Source of the DNA: Sphaeroforma arctica JP610
Taxonomy: Eukaryota
NCBI RefSeq assembly: GCF_001186125.1
Contig: NW_014040310.1
Coordinates: forward strand, 47,331 to 91,380
Reading direction: 5' to 3'
DNA: 44,050 nt
Shown here piece by piece: positions 1 to 11,300 of this stretch (within the stretch, counting starts at the first letter, position 1; every line of letters begins with the position of its first letter). The position numbers were made by a program, and so were the translations under genes. Below the pieces are notes generated by a model. It made no database searches, was not told where the DNA came from, and saw only the letters and a list, made by a program, of their open reading frames with translations.

Positions 1-205
<205 letters not shown>

Positions 206-274
206 TATGTATAGTAAAATAATGATAATAACAATAAGAATAAGAACAATAACAATAATACATGTACTGCTTAC

Positions 275-1097
275 CGAGATCTATAGCTGCCAACAGCGTA
301 TTCCCGGATACATCTGTCACAAACACGCGGCATCCAGCTGTGAAGCAAATCCCTGCAGTAGATGCGACAAAGACATCCGAAGAGTGGTTGTACTGTAGAG
401 GTGTAGTACCACACAGAAGATTATATAGAGTGAGTCTAGCAGCACCAAAGGTAGTGTAGATACAAAGATAAAGCAGCATGAACAAGTGTACACAAATAAT
501 CAACGCACCATGAATTCACTTCATCAGAATCATGTATAAACTTACAGAGTCTTCGGTATGCTCAACGGAAAACTTGCAGAGTAGATCGTCTCGGTATACA
601 CTGCCTTCCGTGCCACTGTCCAGGCCCGTAACCCCAGTAGTAACTGTATAATCCGCACCTCCTACTAGGTCTATACCATCTACTGCCTGAAGGTTGCCAT
701 TATTAACTATATCAGTGTTTTTAGCTTCACTGACACTTGTTGGGGAACCTACACGTGTATCTGATATGGTATGTACATGTACATCCGAATTGATGTCAAC
801 CTGTATATCGTTTGAACTACATATCAGAATAGCTTCCACTTCCAGCGGGTCATGTGTTGCCTCGTGCTCATTTTTTTTCAATACTTCAACGTCTACTGTC
901 GTATCTACTTCCGGTGTGTTATTTATAGCCATCTTCGTATCCCCAGAGCCTAGCACAGCACTGTCGTCGCATATCTCGGGTGTCTGGATCTCCGTACAAT
1001 CTCCAGGTTTTATTTCGCACCGCGACATATGACAGTCCTCTACTGGATCACTCTGGTCCATATTGGCGTGATTACAATCATTCTCTATACCCGCCAT
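275..1097 (-). CDS. Probable ROD/KNTC1-like kinetochore protein, 5' exons (partial; continues left of the window)
   Basis: Exon 1097-546 (ATG to ...TEDS, donor GTAAGT) splices in phase 0 to exon 392-275 (acceptor ctacag, donor GTAAGC). After an acidic leader the joined product reads [12 protein letters not shown]...[13 protein letters not shown]...[26 protein letters not shown]. This resembles the human KNTC1 N-terminus as I recall it (NDIELLTNDDT...LYQVDLLVKISSE...GFIIVADQSVILLD). The exon structure is more certain than the identity. Confidence 0.55.
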
Positions 1098-1369
1098 TAT
1101 GAATTTGTATACTGGCTCGATCGGGATGTCTATTAGAAAAACTCGCGTTGCAATGCAATAGAAAGTACAAAAAGTACCTGTGGTATGTGGCTCTGGAATT
1201 TAGCGGATTAGTCTCTAACTACATTATTTATCCAATAAGCTAATGACAAGACCAACGAGTCGTAGACACTGATAGCATTCCGCACAATCATGGATGGGTT
1301 GACTGCTTGCTGTGTTATGTTCACATACACACTAGACAATGCACACTAAATAATACACGAGTAAATCTA

Positions 1370-1500
1370 TTGGGATTTGAACCGCAAGAGTCAACTTGAA
1401 ACTTGAAAGTGAATTAGTGAAACTATTTAAATAAAAATAGCCGGTTTCGCATAAGCCCGCCAAAATTGAATTTTGCCGCCAAATAAATATTCATTTCAAA
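1370..1500. promoter_or_regulatory. Candidate E2F/CHR-like elements in a divergent promoter
   Basis: CCCGCCAAAA (1456-1465) and GCCGCCAAAT (1475-1484) read TTTGGCGG on the - strand. TTGAA at 1466-1470, TTCAAA at 1495-1500 and TTTGAA at 1376-1381. Lies between two head-to-head genes. Confidence 0.4.
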
Positions 1501-1789
1501 GAAGCTTTGAGAGCACAAATTGACCGTATTTGGAGCTATCGATAAGGATCGAGTATTGATGACGCAATTACAAACGCCAGTAATGGTTTTCAACTGATAT
1601 CATCTTTCCTTTTATTTTTACTTTTGACCGAGAGAAATACATGCATGTTTTTGGCAATTTCTAAATAAAAGCTTCCAGCTTTCACACCACTATTACAAAT
1701 AATCGGCTCATTGTCTTCTGTTTAGACAACGTGGCATGAGCTCTATCACACTCAGATAGAACTTATTGTATCTCAGAGTGGCTGCGAAC

Positions 1790-4700
1790 ATGTTTACGGA
1801 TGACAGAGAGATATTTAGGAAGGATCCCGTTGCGGAACAGTACGATGCGCAAATTGAGAAGCTCGGCATAAGAGGTATGAAATGAGAAACTTTGCGTGGT
1901 GAAATTTGACTTATATTCACATAACTGGTCATTTATGGACATATACAACATATACTTACCTTTACTCTACATTGATTTACTATTTGTGCACCACTATCAA
2001 AGTAGAACAGGGTTGCTACCTATGCAGCCGCAATGGAGCCTTATGTTCTCTGTCGATGCCTTGACTTGAATTGCAAGACTAATACACTATCGAATCCCAC
2101 ACAACACACTTCTCCAATCAATCAGATTTATTCTCAGCGGAGCTGAAGTTCTTGGACCTGTCTGGGCGAACCATGGATGACGATCTGAAGCTAATTATTG
2201 ACACGATACAAGATTCGCTGCTACCTCGGTTGAACGCGCTTATGCTCAACGACAATGGCTTACGATCACTCCCAGAGGCGGTACTGAAAAAATCAAGTGT
2301 CAGCATACTATATGCGGCACAGAATGAGCTGGTTTCTCTGGCAGGAGTGGGTGAGTTATAGAACTGATGCGTTAGTACGCGTTGCTGTTGCCTGAAATAC
2401 GGGCTGAACAGGTTGAATTAGACCTGGCAGAGTGTAGTATTTTTCAAGCATACATATACCATCGACATCTCGTGGTTTATATACTGTAGATTTTATACGA
2501 ATTATGTCTTGCATTGAAATTCAGACTGAGAAAATTTTTATCAGGCTTAGTAGAGTTTAGCCTTTTACTTTATATTTTGTTTTCCACGTATATCCTGTAC
2601 TCTTTGTAGTTGGTGGTAACTAGTTAGTGATAGTGTGCTGTGCGTACGCGGCACTGATTGAGTCGATGTCTCTGTCAGGAAATGGCGAGCCCCTTCTTTT
2701 GCAGGGCCACTTTTTTTTGCAATTTGGTTTTCGTGTCTTATATTTTTACTGGTGTAGTATCGTATAGTCCATATTATATAATATTGCAGTAAAGGCTAGT
2801 GTGCCAAATGGAGCACTGATCAGGCTATGTTGGTATGCCCATGCAGTACGACATGACGACTATTACCGCAGATTTCTTGGTGGTTCATGGTGCAATTGAT
2901 AACATTCTATTTTGTGTGTGTGTGTATTGAGTAGAAGTCCATTTTTTTTTCCTGTTGGCACGAACCCCACCTCGATAGATGGCCGGTATTAATTTCGACT
3001 CATGTATGACTGTATGTAAAGTGTAACTTTTTGTGAAACTCATCCGTTTGCAAGATTGGATTGTAGTATAGTAAATCATTCAACGGTGTAAATATCTCTG
3101 GTTGGACGTAGTTCCACTAGCAATGTTTGTGCAAGCTTTCAAACTCCCTCACGAGCTTTAAGGTCATCAAAACTTGTGTTAATGTAAAGTTACTAGGTCT
3201 TTAATGCTTGCTTGCTAGAACTGATTTTGCCAGAATTGATTGGACTGGCTTCCAAGCGATTCTGAGATTCTCATTCGAGCCTTGTGTTACATATTTCATC
3301 GCAGGCGCCCTCAAGAGTCTGAAGTTCTTGACGGTGGATAATAACCAGATCGCAGCTATACCAGCCAGTATCTCCAAATGCAAAAATCTGAAGAGTCTGT
3401 ATGCACAAGATAACAATATCAGCGAATTGCCACCAGAGATTGAGTGCTTGTCGAATCTAGAGGCTTTGTATCTAGCAAATAACCAAATCACAGATCTTCC
3501 GGAGTCATTAAGGTATGTGGCGGGTATCTCAGTTGCGGAGTGGTAACAACCGCTTGTAAGCTCTGTTCTAACTTATTTCAACATGGTTTGTAGGTCAAAA
3601 TTACGACCGAGAAATACATTGGCTGGATGACACATTGTCGTACCTATAGGTTAAATTAGTGCAGCTACTGGACACCACAATGTCATAGCTGACGTCCACA
3701 ATACCGAGAAAGTATCGCGTGTCATCGCACTCAAGTATTGTCGTTGGCTGAAATTCTGCAGGTTCTGCAAAAAGCTCGATGGTGCTAGTCTGAGAGGGAA
3801 TCTGCTGTCCAGAATACCCAGCGTGCTCTTTGAATTGCGGAAGCTCAAGACACTGCACCTCAGTCGGAATGCAATAACAGAAGTCCCAGAGATTATCTGC
3901 AATCTTCAAGCGCTGAAGATACTCGATCTGCGTCACAACAAGATAACGAGGCTTCCAGAGAATATAGGTAGGCTACGGCCTGTTCTGTGCTTTGTTGCAG
4001 TGTAGTAGTGTCTGAAATGCTTGCCATTAGTTCACACTATAGTTGGAAGCTCACCTATCATGTATGGTCTCATCGGGGTTGTGGCGCAGCAAATATGTTT
4101 CCGTGAGCAACCCGAGTGGGGACATGTTGTGCTCTGCTGAAGTATGCGTATATAAGTCGACAGGCCTTCAACACGTACGAGAAGCTGACTTGGTCTGCAC
4201 TCCCCTATTAATGATCGTTTGAATAATATACATGCAGATAGTACATGCATTCGAAGTATCTATATTTTTATGTACACACTAAGTCTTATGTATCTGAATG
4301 GCTGAGTGGCTGATAATCCTTAGAGCTCAAACCACCTTCGCCATTTTATGTACGTTAGACTAACCCAACACTTGTAAACAACTTTTGTCAGGGAGGTTAC
4401 AGGCGCTGAAATTGCTCGACTGCAGCTACAACAGCCTGGTCGAGCTTCCAAGTAGTATCGGAGACTTGAGGAATCTAGAGCAGGCTTTCTTTGAACATAA
4501 CGTACTAGAGGCGCTTCCCAAGGAAATGGGACAGCTGAGCAATCTACGAGAAGTCAATTTCTCGAATAATAACCTGAAATTTATTCCCATGCAGGTAATT
4601 GCGATTCATTTACGTCACTATACTTTACGGTTCCAATGCCACTGCTCTGTTTTGCGTTGTTTGTGTATGCCAGTATTAGTTTTGCACATTCTGTTAGCCC

Positions 4701-5486
4701 AAATCTCAGAGCTACGGCCTCCTCAACACCGAGCCCAAAATACTACGGTGAATAACAATTCGACATTAATAGCTCAGAGTCCTAGCACGCACAGTTTGTG
4801 TCCTTAAACTCGATATATATATACCATTGTGCTTTGTGCATGGATAAAAGATTGGGATGCAAGCGATGACGCTGTCGGCTACTTTTGGCGGAAACCCGTT
4901 CCCCACCGCCCAATATCTGCGCCGGTCTTCTCAGGAGAAGCCGCCAATGTCTGCTATCTCACTAAGGGACGCTGCATACCGACAGATACTCACACACTAC
5001 AGAGACACTCAAGTCATTAAGGTATGTTAAGTATAGCACATGTCACAGCTCTTTGACATATCGCAATCATTCTTCAGCATTCTAGTCTGCTCTTGGGTCG
5101 TCTAGCACGACTTCATCCCGAGCTTTGGACGATACGATGGTATTGTCTCACGACATTCAATCCCAACTCGACTATAAACAGTCTGAGCAACGAAGGAGTG
5201 AATTCTTTGCGTATGCAAATCAAGCTAAAACCAATCCAAACCCACTCACTCTATCTTTACATTCCATTATCGGCAGTTATTGCCACCATATCTAGGCTCC
5301 AGATCCCGGATGCCTTGTGACGTCTGCCGGGCTCCAGCCTTTCAAGATACGAACAAATCCTTACTGGTGGGTATTGGAGTAGACCGCATAGTACTGCCGT
5401 GCCAGTTCGTGGTGTGCTCAGATGTGTGTGCGCTCCGAGCAAAGTCTAGATCGCTGGCGGTTATCACTCCAGAGTCACCGTTGTAG
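1790..5486 (+). CDS. Leucine-rich-repeat protein with C-terminal BC-box/cullin-box-like and CxxC...CSxxC motifs (LRRC58/LRRC63/LRRC69-like)
   Basis: Phase-compatible GT-AG exons: 1790-1874, 2138-2350, 3305-3512, 3762-3967, 4392-4594, 4851-5021, 5277-5486 (TAG). Many LxxLxLxxNxL/IxxLP repeats, then GNPF cap, SLRDAAYRQI, LLPPYL, CDVC and LPCQFVVCSDVC. The start codon is tentative because an acceptor-like ctcag lies just upstream. Confidence 0.88.
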
Positions 5487-6706
5487 TCTACTGGTGCCTG
5501 TTTACTATTGGATCTTAAGGGGAGAGTGGTACAGGACATATAAGCGGTTTAATTCGTAGTATTGTAGGGATGACATTCCGATTTTCTTACGTGGGAAGTG
5601 TGCTCGCCTTTCGCAGTTTGCAACGATCTGTAGGCGTGGTTTAATTTCTGGGTTCCTATGGAGAATGTGGAACTTAAACTTGCGAGGCTGCTTTTCTGTA
5701 GTATACTCGTGGTGACTACATACCAGTAGGCCTCTATGGGAAGCCTGGTACAGGTGTGCTTAAGTCATACGACTGGGCAATATTGGTGAATGCAGTACAA
5801 GGTTATGCGATGATCGTTGCCAAACTAATATAGAGTCTGCCTATACCATTGCGTATATACGGAGAGAGTGCGACAGGAGTGTTTGGGGCTCGCAGCACAA
5901 GCACAAGGGGTATATTGACGCAGCGAAGTATATTTATTTGCAGGCAGTCGATTGAATCTTTGGGTCAACGACTTCCGGCTGTGGTACAGAAGCATCCATT
6001 AGAATCAACTGTGTTAATGAAGCGCATGAATACTTATCAAAGCCCATAGGTAGGCCTGAGCATGATATGAAGTAAATCGTGTCGTGCAGTTGCTTCAAAG
6101 TAGAACTGCTGCAGATGAGCCACTCCACACACGGAATTGCACAACAGCATGCAACCGGAGTGTGTGCTCGTGGTTAGTGGCACAGTCCGAACGAAGGCAT
6201 CGCTCAGTGCACGAGCTGGGAACGGGTCATTTATACGTCGTATGCTGTATGTCTTGTCGTATGTCGTTACAAGTCTACCCAGTACCGTTAGCCATGTCAA
6301 AGGGTGTACCTCCGCCGTTGCCTACAGAGTCGGTGAGCTACGCCGTTCAACACTGATGGAGAGTTCTATGCTGCTTTGCTCAAATTGCAAACATCAGGTG
6401 TAGATAGTGAGGGTGTCAGGCCATAAGGTTCAGAATTCTGGGTTTGTGTGCTAAATCTATTGGCTCCTGCAACATGTGTGAGGGGTAGTGTTGGTTTGGT
6501 ATCAACTGTGCGCACCAATTCAGGGCTGCAGAAAACTGGGCTCATTTCAGGTGCCCAGATTGGGTGATGCGAGGATTTAGTGTCTAATATACACACTAGT
6601 ATGGGATGTGAACAACACAATTATCTTAGCCACGACCCCCTAAGCGCCTCAAACAATGGTGTACGGATTAGATCTAGCTAGAGTTGGGTGGGGTGCACCT
6701 GTGTCG

Positions 6707-6756
6707 ACGCTGACGGGGATTCATAGTACACGCTGACGGGGATTCATAGTACACGC
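6707..6756. repeat. 23-bp perfect tandem duplication
   Basis: acgctgacggggattcatagtac occurs twice in tandem. Confidence 0.9.
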
Positions 6757-7330
6757 GCACGTGCTGCTCACCCTACGCACTGAAAGAAACAGCAGCCCCG
6801 CACAAGGAGCGGAGACCAACAGCCTGGACATGGACATCTCTGTTTTGCCGAAGACTCACTTCACAAAAACGAAAGTTTCGAGCGCTTACGTAACACTACT
6901 ATCTCCTAAATTCTCCACACAATTTGTACTTAACTCGCGTAGAGATTGAAGGGGACGTCGAATGGGCCTGCTGGACGGCCAACATCCTGAGGATTTTGGT
7001 GGCGATTTAAGAGTGTTAATTACAGAGTGTCACATAGTCGCATATTGTCCACAGGACAAGTCCTCGTTACAGTCTTAGGCGTCACGGATACACAATATAT
7101 ATTAGAAACGTCTTTGCACCTAGGTGCTTAGTACACTATAGTTGAGCTTTTAAGCAGTACAAAGATCATCTGATGAGAAGCAACGCTGTGGCATGTGGCC
7201 CGGAGAACGCGTAATCTGCATCTAAACCCTAAACCCTCGGTATGAAGTGGTAATTTGTGTGGCAGCAGGGTCTGGCCAGGGGACGAGTATGCCACATCTA
7301 TTTACATATATACGCCGCTAAGTGTCATTC

Positions 7331-7797
7331 ATATATATACATACNNNNNNNNNNNNNNNNNNNNNNNNNNNNNNNNNNNNNNNNNNNNNNNNNNNNNNNN
7401 NNNNNNNNNNNNNNNNNNNNNNNNNNNNNNNNNNNNNNNNNNNNNNNNNNNNNNNNNNNNNNNNNNNNNNNNNNNNNNNNNNNNNNNNNNNNNNNNNNNN
7501 NNNNNNNNNNNNNNNNNNNNNNNNNNNNNNNNNNNNNNNNNNNNNNNNNNNNNNNNNNNNNNNNNNNNNNNNNNNNNNNNNNNNNNNNNNNNNNNNNNNN
7601 NNNNNNNNNNNNNNNNNNNNNNNNNNNNNNNNNNNNNNNNNNNNNNNNNNNNNNNNNNNNNNNNNNNNNNNNNNNNNNNNNNNNNNNNNNNNNNNNNNNN
7701 NNNNNNNNNNNNNNNNNNNNNNNNNNNNNNNNNNNNNNNNNNNNNNNNNNNNNNNNNNNNNNNNNNNNNNNNNNNNNNNNNNNNNNNNNNNNNNNNN

Positions 7798-7857
<60 letters not shown>

Positions 7858-7859
7858 NN

Positions 7860-7892
<33 letters not shown>

Positions 7893-7924
7893 TTATAATA
7901 TATATATATATATATATATATGCA

Positions 7925-7960
<36 letters not shown>
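7331..7960. other. Assembly gap (N run, about 7345-7798) flanked by (AT)n microsatellite
   Basis: N run with AT repeats on both sides. Confidence 0.97.
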
Positions 7961-7964
<4 letters not shown>

Positions 7965-8371
7965 ATACGCGGTATATGCTTGCGGATACTGCGCAGCGCA
8001 TGCCGGGAGAGATAGTCTCGCCACAATTATAGAATAGAATAAGATGCTATCCTACTGTGAAAAATAAATTTACCCATGCCGCTTTATAAACCGGAGATGA
8101 AGCTCGTATATGATATGGAAAAAATAGACAAAATCAAAATTAATTTAAAGTTCCACATTTACCTCCTCGTTCAGAAAAAGAAAAGCCAATATTATATCGT
8201 GGTCAGCGTTTAGCTCAATACCAGCCAATAAAATCGAATACGGTTCCAAATCAATCTGCGGGTTTCACTAGACAAGTGAATTTTGAGCTTCTGATGCAAA
8301 ATTTCCGGCGCTATACATTTCGGGTTCCATGTTGCGGACACACGTTCGACATATTTTATTATTGGTCCTCA

Positions 8372-11300
8372 TTACATTGGACTACATTTTGATCCCACTT
8401 TCTTTACGGATTTGCGTTGGACGTTGGCATTCATGGTCGACCTTGATTTGGTCAGTCGTATCGTGTTTTCCTCCCTGCCATAAATAGAGCGTTGTTGCTT
8501 TGAGTAATATGACAGACAAATGCATGTAAAGGATTGTTTTACTTTGAAAAGTAGTACAAAAAGATACATGACACAGCGGGGTTCTTTTTGAGTACAATGG
8601 CAAAAAAATCAAGACAGGGGGTTTTCCGTTTGAAAGATACGACAAATAACCAAATGATTGGCGCGTCAATACTATTCTCATCTCAGGCACATGATAGCGC
8701 GAAGGTTGATGCAAAGCGACCGACCTGTTCACAATACATATACAATTCGAGGCGGATGCTACGATGAACAAAGAGAAGCGGAGAGTGCAGAGTAGCCAAA
8801 GCTGTTAACTTTAAAGAAGTACAGTCGTTTGCGTGCAGTTATAATCCACATAGAAAGGCGGCTCACAAGCACTTCATATACCCTGCGCAGGCCACTACAC
8901 AGGGTATAATCCCGCTAATTGATCACTATATCTTTGGAGCATCAACCCAAACCATTCGTATGAATCCAATTGCCGTGGTAACATCAAAATTATGTTGAAG
9001 ACGAAAGACGGCACATGACCAACAGCACGAGAAAAATCACTCACGACTGCCGATACAAGTAACCCCTATTACAAAACCAGAACCCTAGAACCCTGCAAGC
9101 ACTATACCGAGTTGTGCCTTTGTGTCCTGGATTACTTCCCCTTTCGAGGTCGGCTGTTCGCGGTGACGTTGATCTGCATCAAGTGATCCATGGGGAGGAC
9201 TTCATACAATTAGCATCTCGGAATCGATTTTATACATTTAGCAACTCAAATCAGTGTCATACATTTAGCATCTAAAATTCAATTTGGTATATGTAGCATG
9301 TCGAAATCAAAGTGCGTTAGCTCCGAGAGACTAACGCATTTATACGCACATGAAAGCGAAGTAGTTTCGTCTATCAAGGACTATGTAACAGATCATGTCA
9401 ATAGTTAGTTATAGACAGCCAAGGGTGGCCACCGCTGGCACGAGTAGGCCACCTGGTCGCGTTCGTTTCATAGTACCACTTTGAAAATGTTGTGACCATC
9501 AAAACATATATTTGTATCTACTTGGGTTGTTCACCATGGCATAGAGTACCACATTACTAACATTTTACCTTAAAATAACATGTTATCGCACATACTTGGG
9601 TTGTTCACCATAGCATTGTGTGCCTCGCTGTGGATTCAGATGATGCCCCCCTGCCTCTAAGTTGTCATGGAAGTTGGTCGACTCTCGCCCAGCCGCGGGG
9701 ACCCAGCCAGAATTGACTTCCAGGCGAGTGCTCACATTGTCATCATCGTCCTCGACGTCGTCGTACAACTCTTCCAAATAAGGAATAAGTGTTGTGCTGT
9801 AGGGAATGAAAGTGGGATAAAAATAACCATGAGACTAGAACAAAGGTTTTTAATGCCGCCGAAGAGTTGTCATTTGAATTATGGTGCTCACGATCAGTGT
9901 AAAGAATAGGTGTTGTGCTGCGACGAGTGGACGTAGGTAAAAAGTAGCTATGAGAGTAGCACGGAGGTTGCTAATGACGTCGAACAAGATGCCAGTTGAG
10001 CTATGGTGCTCACGTTCAGTTAGTAATGAATAAGTGTTGTGCTGTGTGAAGTGAAAGTATATAAAAATTCATGAGAGACTAACACAGTGGTCGCAACAAA
10101 GCCGAGGATATGCAATGTCATGTATAGTGCTCCTATCCACGACACAGTTGGCTCGGTAGCAAACGCCTGAGGAGCGTTTGTTTGGTCAGCACCGTCACGG
10201 TGCGCATTGCACCTAAAGATACAACGACAAGGCATGGGCCTTTTGCGATGGTTGCAGAAGGTTGTGTATCTCAACTATTGGCAGATTTACATCTACACCT
10301 GTTTTCAAAAATACGGGTAATCTGTGTCTGTATACGCCAAGCACAAATATGAGATCGCTTTATAACGTACCTGTTATATATGTCTGCTACCGGCAATGGG
10401 GCGGCCGGGTCACTCTTATCTGGTGAACCCATATACCACTCATGGTGCATGATCTGATCCAGCGAGAACCTTTTCTCCACATCCTCGCACAGTATGTTCA
10501 ATATTAAATCCCTCAGGAAATCATCGATGTGGTCGGGGACTGTGTACTTGCAAGCTGATATATTCTCGAATAGGTCGTATATGTTGTCTCCGTTAAAGGG
10601 ATATTCACCGGTAGTCAGGTTGTATCTGTGGTAGAAGGAGAAGCGCAAATATATAATAAGTATGGTTCATCATCATGAAGAAGATTGGGTTCGCTGTAGC
10701 CAATAAGTCCACCTTCTGGCGAAGCGACAAACCAACTAACAAGAAAACCCTTTAGCTATCCACCCATTGGAGGGTAAAGACCGGGAGAAGGTACACTTAC
10801 AAGGTTATCCCTAGTGCCCATACATCCACCTTGAACCCACAGTACTCTGGTTTCCCAGCGGCTATCTCTGGTGCTTGGAATGCTGGAGAGCCGGCACTGG
10901 ATGTGCACCTGTCTGTAGGTGCGTATGTGTCCAATTCCTGTTCCAAATTTAACGAGTTAGATATCAGCAGTTTGATTTACAACAGCAATATCAAACAATG
11001 TACTATTGACATGTGTACTTTTCACCAGACTTACACTTTTCTGTACGTGCGGATATGTCTAATGCCTGTTCCTAATCAGGTAGATATTATTAGTGATGAT
11101 TTACGACAGTAAAATCAAATATGCAACGTAATATTGGCCATTAGTATATGGGTGTATTTCACCAGACGTACCCTTGTCTGTAGGCGCGTATGTATCCAAT
11201 TCCTGTCCCTGGTCAGATACGTATCATTGGTGCGGTTCAAAACAGCAAAACCAATTAAGTAACGCACTACATTTGCTATCGATACTTCGCACTGGACATA

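Noticed and set aside
7222..7237. Telomere-like taaaccc repeat
   Set aside because: Only two copies, compatible with chance or a micro-duplication.
5500..7300. Short ORFs downstream of the LRR gene
   Set aside because: No consistent splice-phase chain or recognisable domain; treated as UTR or intergenic.
7255..8032. Long YIYI/X ORFs (also at 12786-13251, 30880-31341 and 41322-41966)
   Set aside because: Translations of AT/GT microsatellites and N gaps.
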